Positions 31,503 through 43,000 are shown, numbered from the stretch's first letter. The stretch: 64,000 nucleotides of DNA from Betaproteobacteria bacterium (GCA_947479645.1 CANKAJ010000003.1:4127-68126); one strand, 5' to 3'. Notes: generated from the sequence alone by a model not told the origin. Numbers and translations are program-made.

Positions 31503-32976
31503 GACGCGCCCGCCATCGCTGCGAAGCCGGCTGCTGGCATTGCTGCTCGGCGTGACTGCCATCGGCTGGCTGGCCATGGGCGCCATCGGGATCATGGATG
31601 TGCGTCACGAGGCGCGTGAAATACTGGATGGCCATCTGGCACAGACCGCTGCGCTGCTGCTCGCGCAGCGGGGCGACGAGCTGGACGAAATCGACACCGA
31701 GCATGCTCCTTCGCTGCACCGCTACAGTCTCAAGGTGGCATTTCAGGTGTGGGAGCGCGGCAGGGCGCTGCGACTGCATTCGACCAATGCGCCGGACGTA
31801 CACCTGTCAACGCTGCAGCAGGGATACAGCGACGTCACGCATGCGGGTGTGGACTGGCGCGTGTTCAGCGCCTGGGATGCCCATCATGAAATACTGGTGC
31901 AGGTTGCCGAGCGCCAGGAATCGCGCGATGAAATCGCCACTGCGCTGGCGAAGAGCCTGGGACTTTGGCTGCTGGCGGTGCTGGTCTTTATCGGTATCGC
32001 GACCTGGCTGGCGGTCACGCACGGGCTGCGACCGCTGGGCGCATTGCAACGCGAACTGTCCACTCGCGATCCCGCGCGCCTGGCGCCGCTGCCACTGCAG
32101 GGCGTTCCTGCTGAAACGCTGCCACTGGTCACCGAAATAAACCGCCTGTTCGCGCGCATTGATACGATGATCGAACGTGAGCGCCGCTTTACCGCTGACG
32201 CAGCCCACGAATTGCGCACACCGCTGGCGGTATTGCGCACCCAGGCGCAGGTTGCGCTGGCCGCGCGCGGCGAATCAGTCAGACAGGAGGCGCTGGCGGC
32301 GCTGATCGGCGGCACCGATCGCGCCACGCGACTGATCGAACAAATGCTCATGCTGGCACGCATCGAATCGGGCCACCGCGAGGCTCCGCAGTTGCCTGTC
32401 GAGCTGCGCGAAATTGTGCGCGCCGAAGCGGCCGCGATCGCCCCCCGTGCAATCGAAAAAGGCCTCGACCTGGAAATTGCCGGCGACAGCACCATTGTCA
32501 TTCCGGGGCAGCCGGAACTGCTCTCGATTCTGGCGCGCAACCTGCTGGACAATGCCGTGCGCTACTCGCCCCCCGGCGGAAACATTGGCGTCAGCGTGAC
32601 GAATGAGAACGGAACCGGGCAATTGCGCGTGACAAATGTCGGAGCAGCGGTCGGATCAGCGGTCGGAGCAGCGGTCGGAGCAGCGGTCGGAGCAGCGGTC
32701 GGGTCAGCGGTCGGGTCAGCGGCCGGGTCAGCGGCCGGCTCAGTAGCCGGCCCAGCGCTGACTGCGGAAGAATTGGCACGCCTGGGCGAGCGCTTCCACC
32801 GCATCCCGGGCAGCGGCGAATCAGGCAGCGGCCTGGGACTGTCCATCGTGCAGCGCATCGCCGAGTTGCATGGTGCCACCATTCAATTCAACGCCACGGC
32901 TGGCGGTGGACTTGCCGTGACAGTCAGCTTCCCCAAGTTGGGGACCAAACCGCAGCAGCAGACATCACTGATTTGA
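31495..32976 (+). CDS. Sensor histidine kinase (QseC/PmrB-like)
   Basis: 2 TM, WRVF periplasmic motif, RFTADAAHELRTPL, NLLDNAVRY, GSGLGLSIV; overlaps the response-regulator stop. Confidence 0.92.
   Translation: MPETRPPSLRSRLLALLLGVTAIGWLAMGAIGIMDVRHEAREILDGHLAQTAALLLAQRGDELDEIDTEHAPSLHRYSLKVAFQVWERGRALRLHSTNAPDVHLSTLQQGYSDVTHAGVDWRVFSAWDAHHEILVQVAERQESRDEIATALAKSLGLWLLAVLVFIGIATWLAVTHGLRPLGALQRELSTRDPARLAPLPLQGVPAETLPLVTEINRLFARIDTMIERERRFTADAAHELRTPLAVLRTQAQVALAARGESVRQEALAALIGGTDRATRLIEQMLMLARIESGHREAPQLPVELREIVRAEAAAIAPRAIEKGLDLEIAGDSTIVIPGQPELLSILARNLLDNAVRYSPPGGNIGVSVTNENGTGQLRVTNVGAAVGSAVGAAVGAAVGAAVGSAVGSAAGSAAGSVAGPALTAEELARLGERFHRIPGSGESGSGLGLSIVQRIAELHGATIQFNATAGGGLAVTVSFPKLGTKPQQQTSLI
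32638..32757 (+). repeat. In-frame 12-bp tandem repeat (10 imperfect units) inside the kinase ATPase domain
   Basis: Unit GTCGG(AG/AT/GT)CAGCG encoding VGAA/VGSA/AGSA. Confidence 0.95.
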
Positions 32977-32978
32977 AT

Positions 32979-33395
32979 TCAGCCTGGCGCCGATACCGTG
33001 GGTTTCAGGTCGAGCCGGCGGGCAACCTTTGAAAACTGCCTATCGAAAGTTGCCAGGCCAGTGCATAGGCCGGATTGGGCCAGATGCAGTGCGTCGGAGA
33101 AATCCAGCCCTCGGCGATACCAGGCGATGGCCTGGCTGACCGCGCCGACGCGATCGACGGTCAGATTCTCGACGGATAGCATGTCCTCAAACAAGGCCGC
33201 AATTTCATCAGGCGGCATGCCATAGGCACCCCGCAGCACCCATTCAAGTTCCTCTATCACGGTAATCGGCACAAAGAGCTGACGGCCGGACGACAACAAG
33301 GCCTGGGCGCGCTTTGTTTGCAACTTTGTCGCGGCATCGGCATCGCTCTCGGCCGCAATGGCGCGAACAAGAACATTGGTGTCCAGGGAGATCAT
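32979..33395 (-). CDS. vapC: VapC-family PIN toxin
   Basis: ISLDTNVLVR, ELEWVL, DFSDALHL, LATFDR. Confidence 0.9.
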   Translation of the reverse strand: MISLDTNVLVRAIAAESDADAATKLQTKRAQALLSSGRQLFVPITVIEELEWVLRGAYGMPPDEIAALFEDMLSVENLTVDRVGAVSQAIAWYRRGLDFSDALHLAQSGLCTGLATFDRQFSKVARRLDLKPTVSAPG

Positions 33396-33649
33396 GTCTT
33401 GCCTTGCCGCTTCGCCACCGACAGGCCCTGCAACGCTTCAACTGCAAGCGGTTTGCCGCGGTGAACCATCCGGTCGAACAGCACGGACGCGGGTTTCTTT
33501 GCTCCGGCGCTGTCGGGGCGCACCAGAATGCCATCGCCATTCGGCGCCAACTCGACGCGAACGCGGGCGCCCGGCGCAAGAGCAACCTGCCGGCAAAGCG
33601 CGGCGGGCAATACCACTTGCCGTTTACCCGAAAGAATCATGGTACTCAT
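33392..33649 (-). CDS. vapB: AbrB/MazE-type antitoxin
   Basis: LSGKRQVVLPAAL...L.PG..V swapped-hairpin pattern; ATGA overlap with vapC. Confidence 0.85.
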   Translation of the reverse strand: MSTMILSGKRQVVLPAALCRQVALAPGARVRVELAPNGDGILVRPDSAGAKKPASVLFDRMVHRGKPLAVEALQGLSVAKRQGKT

Positions 33650-33968
33650 AATCGCCTCCAGAGGATATACGCTTGGCAGTTTAGGCTATTTGCCATTACC
33701 GTTCAACCGCGTTGAACGCGGTGAATCGTGTCTCACACTCACTCATCAGCGAACTCGCGACGCGGATTTGCATGCGAATTTGCATGCATCATGCCCATCA
33801 AAATCTGTGTGGAAAAGGCCCTGTTTATGACCGTTTATGACCGGTCACACCCGCCATTTCTTGATCCACCTCAAGTTGCTTGCAAATTGGCGCCACAAAG
33901 GTGCTTGCCAGCCTGCGCATTGTGTGCAAACGAGCATGAACTATGTGCATCCAACTCGATGCACTTCC

Positions 33969-35087
33969 ATGACTGCCAACACCACCGCCACCATCCTGAT
34001 CATCGATGATGCTCCGGAAAACCTGCACGTGCTGGGCGAACTACTGAGACCGCTTTACCGCGTGCTCGCGGCCACCTCCGGCGAAGCCGGCTTGCGTGTG
34101 GCGGGTGGAAAACCCAAACCTGACCTGATTCTGCTCGATGTCATGATGCCGGGAATGGACGGTTATGCAGTGCTGGCGCGTCTGCGCGAGAACCCGGCCA
34201 CCCGCGATATCCCGGTGGTGTTCCTCACCGCGCTGTCCTCCCCGCAGGATGAAGAGCGCGGGCTGAAACTCGGCGCGGCCGACTACATCACCAAGCCCAT
34301 CCAGCCCGCCATCGTCAATGCGCGTGTGCGCACGCAACTCCAAGCAAAGCAATCGCGCGACTGGATGGCAGACCAGAACGCGGCGCTCGAGGCCGAAGTG
34401 GCGCGGCGCATGTCCGAAAATGATCTGACCCAGCAAGTCGGCATTCGCGCGCTGGCGCACCTGGCCGAACTGCGCGACCCGGAGACCGGAAACCATATTT
34501 TGCGCACGTCGGGTTACGTGCGGCTGCTGGCGACTGGTTTGCAACATCATCCAAAATTTTCAGCCGCGCTCAGCAAGCGCCAGATCGACCTGCTGGCCCG
34601 CTCAGCACCGCTGCATGACATCGGCAAGGTCGGCATTCCCGATCACATCCTGCTCAAGCCTGGCAAACTGACGCCGGACGAATGGGCCGTCATGCAGACG
34701 CACGCCAAACTGGGCAGCGACGCCATTGAGCAGGCCGAGCACGACATCGAGATACCGCTGGCGTTCCTGACCGTTGCCAAGGAAATTGCCCACTGGCATC
34801 ACGAAAAATGGGACGGCAGCGGCTACCCCGACGGCCTCGCTGGCGAAGCCATTCCGCTGTCGGCACGCCTGATGGCCGTGGCCGACGTGTTCGATGCGCT
34901 GATTTCATCGCGTGTCTACAAACCGCCGATGAGCTTTGCAGAAGCCCGCGCCATCATCGCTGCCGGGCGCGGCAAGCATTTTGATCCGGACATGATTGAT
35001 GCCTTCCTGGCCGGATTCGACGATTTTGCAGCCATTGCCGAGCGCTTTCGGGACGAGAGCAGCGGGACCAGGCCGGCAAGTAATTGA
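33969..35087 (+). CDS. REC + HD-GYP response regulator (RpfG-like c-di-GMP phosphodiesterase)
   Basis: ILIIDD, LILLDVMMP, RDPETGNH, LHDIGKVGIP, HHEKWDGSGYP; start MTANTT at 33969. Confidence 0.93.
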   Translation: MTANTTATILIIDDAPENLHVLGELLRPLYRVLAATSGEAGLRVAGGKPKPDLILLDVMMPGMDGYAVLARLRENPATRDIPVVFLTALSSPQDEERGLKLGAADYITKPIQPAIVNARVRTQLQAKQSRDWMADQNAALEAEVARRMSENDLTQQVGIRALAHLAELRDPETGNHILRTSGYVRLLATGLQHHPKFSAALSKRQIDLLARSAPLHDIGKVGIPDHILLKPGKLTPDEWAVMQTHAKLGSDAIEQAEHDIEIPLAFLTVAKEIAHWHHEKWDGSGYPDGLAGEAIPLSARLMAVADVFDALISSRVYKPPMSFAEARAIIAAGRGKHFDPDMIDAFLAGFDDFAAIAERFRDESSGTRPASN

Positions 35088-35120
35088 CGCGCCTGGCCAG
35101 ATTGAAAATCGCACAAGACC

Positions 35121-36842
35121 ATGGCCCCGATTACAAAATCGAAGTCTGCGAATTCCCGCACCCTCGCGCAGGAATTGCGCCGCCTCATCCTGCTGTCGGC
35201 GCTGCCCCTGACGCTGATCATCGCCACGCAAAGCTTTTGGGTTTATCACACCGCAATCGAACAGGCGCAGGAATTTCTGCGCGATTACGCCGTCGATATT
35301 GAAAACGACGCAACGCGGTTTTTCGGGGATACCGCGCGCGGACTGAATATGATCGCCGGGCGTCCCGCTGTGATCAGGATGGACCCGGCGCATTGCGACC
35401 CGGGCTTGGGCGATCTGATTGCAATCCGGACGCGCTACGCCAATACCAACGTCACGGATCGCAACGGCTGGGTCATCTGCGGCGCGACGCCGCCGACCGG
35501 CGGCCCGCGTTCGATCAATGTCTCGGAGCGTGACTGGTTCCAGGCCGCCATGGCGGGACAACCGTTTGCGCTCGGCGCAGCGCGCAAGGGGCCGATTTTC
35601 GGTCGCTGGGTCATCACCGCCGCGGCGCCGGTAAAAACAGGCAGTGGCAACATCGTCGGGGTGGTTTCAGTTGCCATTGATCTGGAGAAATGGTTTGAGT
35701 CGACTGATCAGCCGACACTGGCGCCTGCCACGATTCAGGGCATCATCGACCAGACCGGCATGGTGATCATGCGAACGCCGGAGCCTGAAAAATGGGTGGG
35801 CACCGCCAATCCCGATCGGCAGTTGCTCGACAGGATGATCAGCGTTCGCAACGGGACCTTCAACGCGAAAGGCAGGCAAGGATTCGAGCGCATCTGGTCG
35901 GTCAAATCGATCCCGAATACGAACTGGATCGCATTTGCCGGCGTTAGCGCCAATCTCGCCCTCGCGACGCCGACCCGTTACGCGGCGCTTGCGGCAATCG
36001 CTCTCGCGATCATTCTGCTCACAGTCATTTTCCTGTCCATTCTCTCTTTGCGCAGGATTTCCTCATCCATCGCCGCGCTTGCCACGACTTCCCAGAAAGT
36101 CACCTCCGGGGACCGCAGCGCCCGTGCCGCAATCAGCGGGCCCCATGAAATAACCACCGTCGCGCGGCAATTCAACCGCATGCTGGATGCGCTCGAACAG
36201 AATGAGCAGGCCCTGCGCGAGAGCGAGTCCCGCTGGAAATTCGCCATCGAAGGATCAGGCGACGGCCTGTGGGACTGGAACGTGGCGGAAAGCACGGTAT
36301 TTTTCAGCGAGCGCTGGAAGGAAATGCTCGGCTATTCCGAAGACGAAGTCGGCAATGGGCTGGAGGAATGGGAGATGCGCATCCACCCTGATGACAAGCC
36401 ACTCACCCTCGTCACGGTGCAGGCCCATCTCGAGGGCAGGACGCCGATGTACAACAGTGAACACCGCGTCCGCTGCAAGGATGGCAGTTACAAATGGATA
36501 CTCGACCGCGGCATGATTATCAGCCGCAACGAAGACGGAAAACCCTTGCGCATGATCGGTACGCACGCCGATATCACCGCAAAAAGACTGACCATAGAGG
36601 CACTGCAACGGCAAGGCCAGCAACTGCTGCAACGCAATGAAGATCTCGACCACTTCAACCGTGTCATGGTCGGTCGTGAGCTGGACATGATTGATCTGAA
36701 GCGGCAGGTGAATGCGCTGTCGCTCGAACTCGGGCGCGCGGCGCCGTTCAACCTGGACTTCTCCGACCCACCGCCATCCCCGCCCGCCCCGACCTGCGAG
36801 GTGAAGGATGCAAGCCCGCTCGCCGCGGGAGCGCCGCGATGA
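35121..36842 (+). CDS. Membrane sensor (Cache-HAMP-PAS) with no catalytic output domain; C-terminal RELxM coiled-coil tail
   Basis: 2 TM, dCache-like RDWFQAA, HAMP (EITTVARQFNRML), PAS_3 (DGLWDWN...RIHPDD...W); ends MVGRELDMIDLKRQVNAL...LG...PF. Confidence 0.85.
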   Translation: MAPITKSKSANSRTLAQELRRLILLSALPLTLIIATQSFWVYHTAIEQAQEFLRDYAVDIENDATRFFGDTARGLNMIAGRPAVIRMDPAHCDPGLGDLIAIRTRYANTNVTDRNGWVICGATPPTGGPRSINVSERDWFQAAMAGQPFALGAARKGPIFGRWVITAAAPVKTGSGNIVGVVSVAIDLEKWFESTDQPTLAPATIQGIIDQTGMVIMRTPEPEKWVGTANPDRQLLDRMISVRNGTFNAKGRQGFERIWSVKSIPNTNWIAFAGVSANLALATPTRYAALAAIALAIILLTVIFLSILSLRRISSSIAALATTSQKVTSGDRSARAAISGPHEITTVARQFNRMLDALEQNEQALRESESRWKFAIEGSGDGLWDWNVAESTVFFSERWKEMLGYSEDEVGNGLEEWEMRIHPDDKPLTLVTVQAHLEGRTPMYNSEHRVRCKDGSYKWILDRGMIISRNEDGKPLRMIGTHADITAKRLTIEALQRQGQQLLQRNEDLDHFNRVMVGRELDMIDLKRQVNALSLELGRAAPFNLDFSDPPPSPPAPTCEVKDASPLAAGAPR

Positions 36843-36858
36843 GCGCGCTCTGGTCGAA

Positions 36859-37080
36859 CTACCGCTGTGCGGCCCGGTCGAGTTTTGCCAGCAAGCGCAG
36901 ACCGCGTTTTGCGTCGCCGCGCGCAGCGCGAATGCGGAAGCGCGCTTCGGCGTCGAACTCGGCCAATGCGGCAATGGAGAACTCCTCGATCAGCTTGTTC
37001 ATGCTGACGCTGCGTGTCGTGGCGAGATGCTTGAGCCGCTCGTGTGTATCGTCGGGCATGCGAATGGTGAGGGTAGCCAT
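36859..37080 (-). CDS. Ribbon-helix-helix (HicB-like) antitoxin
   Basis: MATLTIRMPDDTHERLK.LA....SMNKL; immediately downstream of the PIN gene. Confidence 0.85.
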   Translation of the reverse strand: MATLTIRMPDDTHERLKHLATTRSVSMNKLIEEFSIAALAEFDAEARFRIRAARGDAKRGLRLLAKLDRAAQR

Positions 37081-37084
37081 GTTT

Positions 37085-37504
37085 TCACTCCTTGATGAAA
37101 CGCTCCGGGCGCAGGATGCGCAAATTCGGAAAGCGCAATTGCGCGCCCCCGAAATCCCGGATGTTGCGCGTAATCAGCGCGTCCGCGGCACCCGCGACCG
37201 CCAGCTCGAGCACGTGATTGTCGGTCTCGTCGGGCAGGTTCGGCCGCCACAAATAGTAGATGCGGGTCCAGCGGCAGGCGCGCAGGAATGCGTCGAGCAG
37301 CGCTTCGCGCTCGGGCGCCGACAGGACGCAGCCGCGAAACAGCTCCCGGCGCGAAAGCACGGATTCGAACTCGCTGTAAAGCGCCGTTCCCATGAGCGGT
37401 CGGTGTACGCCCGCCAGACAGCGCCGCAGCACTTCGCGGCTTGCGCCGCCAGGGCCAAGCAGCGCCGCAACGAAAACATCGGTATCGACGACAACGGTTG
37501 CCAT
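37085..37504 (-). CDS. PIN-domain toxin (toxin-first TA module)
   Basis: VVVDTDVFVAAL, YSEFE, WRPNLPDETDNHVLELAVAG.A..LITRNIRDF; start at 37504. Confidence 0.88.
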   Translation of the reverse strand: MATVVVDTDVFVAALLGPGGASREVLRRCLAGVHRPLMGTALYSEFESVLSRRELFRGCVLSAPEREALLDAFLRACRWTRIYYLWRPNLPDETDNHVLELAVAGAADALITRNIRDFGGAQLRFPNLRILRPERFIKE

Positions 37505-37511
37505 GGAAAAA

Positions 37512-37531
37512 TGATAGCACATACGCTATCA
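37512..37531. promoter_or_regulatory. Inverted repeat, likely TA autoregulatory operator
   Basis: TGATAGC-N6-GCTATCA directly upstream of the PIN start codon. Confidence 0.55.
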
Positions 37532-37566
37532 GCTTTCAGCCGCCCAGTCACACGGTGGCCCACCGC

Positions 37567-40008
37567 ATGACCCCACCACTTCTTTCCCCGGCCCTTGCGC
37601 TGCTCGCCACCCTGCTGGGGCTGTCGGCATTGCTGGGGTGGACCTTGGATATCGACGCCCTCAAGCAGGGCCTGGCCACGAGCGTCGCCATGAATCCCGC
37701 CACGGCCGTGTGCATGACGCTGCTCGGGCTTGAAGCGGTGCGCATGAATGCATGGAACGCGCATGCCGCCCTCGCCAAAGCCGGGCAACTGGTCATCCTT
37801 GTGGTGATCGCCGCCGGTCTGGGCAAGCTCTGCGATCTCATCTTCGGCACCTCCTTCGCCATCGATCAAATGCTCTTTGGCGCCGCGCTCAACGCGGAGT
37901 CGCGCTTCCCGAGCAGAATGGCGCCCAATACGGCGGCCTGCCTGGTATTGCTCGGCGTGGCCATGCAGTTCATGCGTGGCGGCACGGACAGTCGCGTGCG
38001 TAACGCACAACTGCTCGCCATGCTGGCCCTGCTGGCTGGATTGCTGGCCCTGGCCGGCAACCTGTTCAGCGTCCGGGAACTGTCCGGGCCGTTGCAGTAC
38101 ATCCCCATGGCGGTCAACACGGCGGTCGCCATCTGTTGCATTGGCGCAAGCATCCTGTCGTCCAGCCCGCGAAAAGGCCTGATGAAGTTTTTCCGGTGGG
38201 AATCGATCCAGACCCGGGTGACCGTGGCTTCAATGGCCATCTTTGTGACAGGCGTCTGGTCACTGACGCTCTATTCCAGCTCGGTGTTGCGCGATGATTT
38301 GCAGCGCCAGTTGGGCGCGCAGCAGTTTGCGACGGTTTCAGTGCTGGCCGAGGAAATCGATCAGGACATGGGCGACCGTTTCAGCGCGCTAGAAACCATC
38401 GCCGCGGAAATCACCCCGGCCATGCTGGCCAATGCGACAGTCCTGCAGCGGCTCCTGCAAAGTCGCCCCATATTTAACCGTCTTTTTAACGGCGGCGTTT
38501 TCGCCACCCGCCTCGATGGAATCTCGATCGCCGCCATGCCGCTGGAGGCACGACGGCTCAGCGTCGATTACGCGGAAAGAGATTTCATGGTCGCGGCGCT
38601 CAAGGAGGGCAAGCTGGCAGTAGGCCGGCCAACCCTCGGCAGGGTGCTGAAGGTGCCGACTTTCGGCATGGCAGTGCCCATCCGCAATCCCGAGGGCAAA
38701 ACGATCGGGGTACTGGTCGGCGCGACCGATCTCTCGCAGCCCGGCTTTCTGAATCGTATTTTCACAAAGACCTATGGCAAGACCGGCGACCTCTATCTGA
38801 TCGCGCCACAGCACCGGCTGATCGTCAACGCCACCGACAAGAGCCGTGTCATGGAGACCTTGCCCGCGGCGGGAAAGAATCCGGGCCTCGACCGCTTTAT
38901 CGGGGGTTACGACGGCTCCGATCTGTACGTCAATGCGATTGGCGTGGAAGTCCTGACGACGGCCAAGCACATGTCGGTGACCGATTGGTACCTGGCGATC
39001 GCAATGCCCACCGAAGAAGCCTTCGCCCCGATCCGCGAGCTGAATCAGCGCTACCTGCTGAGCGCGTTGCTCCTCACCGTGCTGGCGGGCGCCTTGACCT
39101 GGTGGTTGATGCGACGCCAACTCGCGCCGCTGTTCGCCACCGTGCATACGCTGGCTGGCCTGGCGGACTCAGATCGGCCGATGCCGCCCCTGCCCGTGGT
39201 AAGTCAGGATGAAATCGGCGAACTGATCGGCGCCTTCAATGGCCTGCTGGAAAAGTTGGCGCGGCGCACCGCCGATTTGGCCGAGAGTGCAGCGCGCTAT
39301 GAACGCGCCGTCAACGGCATCAACGACGGCGTCTGGGAGTGGATTCCGGCGACCGGCGAGGACTACCTGTCGCCGCGCTGGAAGGCGCTGCTCGGTTATG
39401 AAGATCATGAATTGCCCAACGTGCAGGGAACGTTCTTCCACCAGATTCATGCCGAAGACCTCGGGAAGGTGCAAGAGGCGGTTCGCGCGCATCTCGAAGA
39501 GCGCAAGCCTTTTCAGGTCGAGTTTCGCATGCGCCACAAGAGCGGCGAATACCGCTGGTTCTCCTCGCGCGGCAATACCGAGTGGGATGAACAAGGTCGG
39601 CCGTTACGCATGGCGGGGGCCATTTCCGACATCACCGAACGCAAAGAGGCCGAGGCGGCGCTGCAGGCAATCAACGCTCGGCGTGCCGCCGAACAGGCCG
39701 CCGCCCTCGAAGCCCAGCGCCAGTCGCGGCTGGCGGCGCTGAACCTGCTGGAGGACGCCCGCGCGGCCCGCGCCCAGACCGAGGCCGCGGCGGCGGCCCT
39801 GGCTAGGCGCAACGAAGAACTCAGCCGCTTCAACAGCGTGGCGGTCGACCGCGAGCTAGACATGATCGCGCTGAAAAAACAGGTCAACGCGCTGGCGCGT
39901 GAACTCGGACGAGCCGAACCGTTCAACCTGGCCTTCGCCGCCTCGCTGCCGGGCGCCGGCAGCGAGGCGACAGATTCACTTCCGCCCGCCGCAGGAAAGC
40001 AAACATGA
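37567..40008 (+). CDS. Multi-TM + Cache-HAMP-PAS sensor without output domain; carries both ALNLLED and RELxM coiled-coil motifs
   Basis: N-terminal membrane domain with repeated MxxNTA motifs, Cache, HAMP ([11 protein letters not shown]), PAS_3, then LAALNLLED and [17 protein letters not shown]; start at 37567. Confidence 0.85.
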   Translation: MTPPLLSPALALLATLLGLSALLGWTLDIDALKQGLATSVAMNPATAVCMTLLGLEAVRMNAWNAHAALAKAGQLVILVVIAAGLGKLCDLIFGTSFAIDQMLFGAALNAESRFPSRMAPNTAACLVLLGVAMQFMRGGTDSRVRNAQLLAMLALLAGLLALAGNLFSVRELSGPLQYIPMAVNTAVAICCIGASILSSSPRKGLMKFFRWESIQTRVTVASMAIFVTGVWSLTLYSSSVLRDDLQRQLGAQQFATVSVLAEEIDQDMGDRFSALETIAAEITPAMLANATVLQRLLQSRPIFNRLFNGGVFATRLDGISIAAMPLEARRLSVDYAERDFMVAALKEGKLAVGRPTLGRVLKVPTFGMAVPIRNPEGKTIGVLVGATDLSQPGFLNRIFTKTYGKTGDLYLIAPQHRLIVNATDKSRVMETLPAAGKNPGLDRFIGGYDGSDLYVNAIGVEVLTTAKHMSVTDWYLAIAMPTEEAFAPIRELNQRYLLSALLLTVLAGALTWWLMRRQLAPLFATVHTLAGLADSDRPMPPLPVVSQDEIGELIGAFNGLLEKLARRTADLAESAARYERAVNGINDGVWEWIPATGEDYLSPRWKALLGYEDHELPNVQGTFFHQIHAEDLGKVQEAVRAHLEERKPFQVEFRMRHKSGEYRWFSSRGNTEWDEQGRPLRMAGAISDITERKEAEAALQAINARRAAEQAAALEAQRQSRLAALNLLEDARAARAQTEAAAAALARRNEELSRFNSVAVDRELDMIALKKQVNALARELGRAEPFNLAFAASLPGAGSEATDSLPPAAGKQT

Positions 40009-43000
40009 GCGCGCACCCGCCCGCCGAGACCAGCGACAAGGCGACCAACACGGCCGCCCGCGCGCCGGTCGATGTGCTGCGCGTCGTGCTCGCCTACGCC
40101 ATCTTCGCCAGCCTGTGGATACTGCTTTCCGACACGGCGGTCAGCTGGCTGTTCAGCGACCCGGCCCGGATTGTCCTGGTCAGCACGATAAAGGGTTGGC
40201 TGTTCGTCGTCGTCACCTCAGTGCTGCTCTACGTTCTGATACGCCGCCTGCGTGACCAGGCCCTAGCCGGGGCGCGACAGGAACTTGCCGCACAGGCGGA
40301 GGCGGCGGGCGCCCAGCAGTTGCTGGCCGCAATCGCCGACAACTCGTCCGATGCCATCTTCGCCAAGGACCGCGAAGGCCGCTACCTGCTCGCCAATCGC
40401 TCGGTCGAACGCGTCATCGGCAAGACGGCAGCGCAGATAGTGGGTCAGGACGATTCGGCGCTCTTTCCGCTGCAGGCCGAAATGATTCGCGCCAACGACC
40501 GCCGCGTGATGGACGAGAACCGCCGCATGACCTACGAGGAAACCATCGACACTGTCGAGGGCGAGCGCACTTTCCTGGCCACCAAGGGGCCGCTGCGCGA
40601 TGCGCGGGGGCAGGTCAGCGGAATGTTCGGCATTTCCCGCGACATCACAGAACGCCACCAGGCCGCCCTCCAACTAGCCAAAAGCCAAGGGCACCTGGAG
40701 CGCCTCAGCCGGCTCTACCTCACTCTCAGCCAAAGCAACCAGGCCATCGTGCGCTGCGATAGCGAGAATGCCTTGTTCCCGCAAATCTGTCGCGAAGCGG
40801 TCAACTTTGGCGGCCTGAAAATGGCGTGGATCGGCCTGGCGGATGAAACCGGGCAAAAGGTCGTGCCTGTCGCCTCGTTTGGCGACGCCAACGACTATCT
40901 GACAAACGCCCTCATCTCGATGGATGCCGAAAATCCGCGCGGCCAGGGCCCGACAGCCACCGCAATCCGGGAAAACCAGCCTGTGTGGTGCCAGGATTTT
41001 CTTCACGACCTGCGCACCGCGCCCTGGCATGAGCGCGGCGCACGCGCCGGATGGATGGCCTCGGCAGCCTTGCCGCTGCGCCGCAAGGGCGTCGCCGTCG
41101 GCGCCTTGACCCTGTACGCGGGCGAAGCGGATTTCTTCGACGACCCGATCCAAAAGCTGCTGATTGAGATGGCCACCGATGTCAGTTTCGCCATGGACAG
41201 CTATGCCGCGGCGACTGAGCGCAAGGCGGCCGAGGCGCGTCGCCTTGAAAGCGAAGCGCTGCGCATCAGCGAACAGGCCGCCGCCCTCGAAGCGCAGCGC
41301 CGTTCAGAGCTGGCGGCGCTGAACCTGCTGGAGGACACCCGAGCAGCCCGCGCTGACGCCGAGGCGGCGGCCATGGCGCTCGCGACCAGCGAGGCGCGCA
41401 GTCGCGCCGTCACCCAGACGGCCTTCGATGCCATCGTCACTTCGGACAGCGAGGGCAATATCGCCGGCTGGAATAACGGCGCGCAGCGCATGTTCGGCTA
41501 CGCCGAGGCCCAGGTCATGGGGCAACCGATGACGCTGCTGATGCCGCAACGCTATCGCGAAGGACATCTGGCGGGAATGAATCGCCTGCGTGCCGGCGAG
41601 ACGATGCGCCACTCGGGCAAGACCATTGAATTGCATGGGCTGCGCCAGGACCGCAGCGAGTTTCCGCTCGAATTCACCCTTGCACGATGGGAGAGCGACT
41701 CGGACTGGTTCGTCACCGCCATCATGAGCGACATCAGCGAACGCAAGGCCGCCGAAGATCAGTTGCGCAAGCTGTCGCAGGCGGTGGAGCAAAGCCCGGA
41801 GAGCATCCTGATCACCGATGTCAACGCGCACATCGAATACGTCAATCAGGCCTTTGTCGATTCGACCGGCTACAGCCGCGAGGAACTGCTCGGCAAGAAC
41901 CCGCGCGTGCTGCACTCGGGCAAGACACCACCCGAGGCCTACGCGGAGATGTGGCGCGAACTGGGCAACGGCCGGCCGTGGAAGGGCCATTTGCACAACC
42001 GCAGAAAAGACGGCAGCGAATATGACGAGTTCGCCATCATCACGCCGTTGCGCGGGCCCGATGGGACGGTGACGCACTACGTGGGGGTTAAGGACGACGT
42101 CACCGAGAAGAAACGCATCGGCGAGGAACTCGACCGGTATCGTTTCCACCTTGTAGAGTTGGTGAATACGCGCACGACGGAGCTGAATTTCGCACGCCAG
42201 CAAGCTGACGCGGCCAATCTGGCCAAAAGCGCCTTTCTCGCCAACATGAGCCACGAGATCCGCACACCGATGAACGCGATCATCGGGCTCTCCCATCTGA
42301 TGCGGCGAAGCGGCGTGACGCCGGAACAGGCGCAGAGGCTGGACAAGATCGATGGCGCCGGACGACACCTGCTGTCCATCATCAATGACATCCTCGACCT
42401 GTCCAAAATCGAGGCTGACCGGCTGCAGCTGGAAAGCACTGACTTTCACCTGAGTGACATACTCGATGCCGTCGCATCCATCATCACCGAGCCGGCCCGC
42501 GACAAGGGACTGCATATCGAAGTCGACGCCGGCAGCGTGCCTCGGTGGTTGCATGGTGATCCGACGCGGGTACGCCAGGCCTTTCTCAACTATGCCGGCA
42601 ATGCGGTCAAGTTTACCGACAAGGGCACGATCAGCCTGCGTGCCAGGCTATTACGCAACGAAAGTCTGCCCGGGGCGCCGGAACACAAGGCGGGCGAATT
42701 GCTGGTGCGCTTCGAGGTCCAGGATACCGGCATCGGCATCCCCTCCGAGATGAGGGGCCGCTTGTTTCGCGCGTTCGAGCAGGGTGATGCTTCGACAGCG
42801 CGCACTTTCGGCGGCAGCGGCCTCGGGCTGGCGATCAGCCGGCGGCTGGCGCGCCTGATGGGCGGCGATGTCGGTGTCGACAGCGAACCCGGGATGGGCA
42901 GCACCTTCTGGTTCACCGCCCGACTGCAACCGGGTCTTGGCGCCCAGCCCGCTGAAACGGCGGCATCCAAGACAAAGGATGTCGAGCAGCAATTGCTTCT

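Noticed and set aside
32638-32757. Repeat array considered as CRISPR
   Set aside because: 12-bp contiguous units with no spacers, in frame within a CDS, and no cas genes
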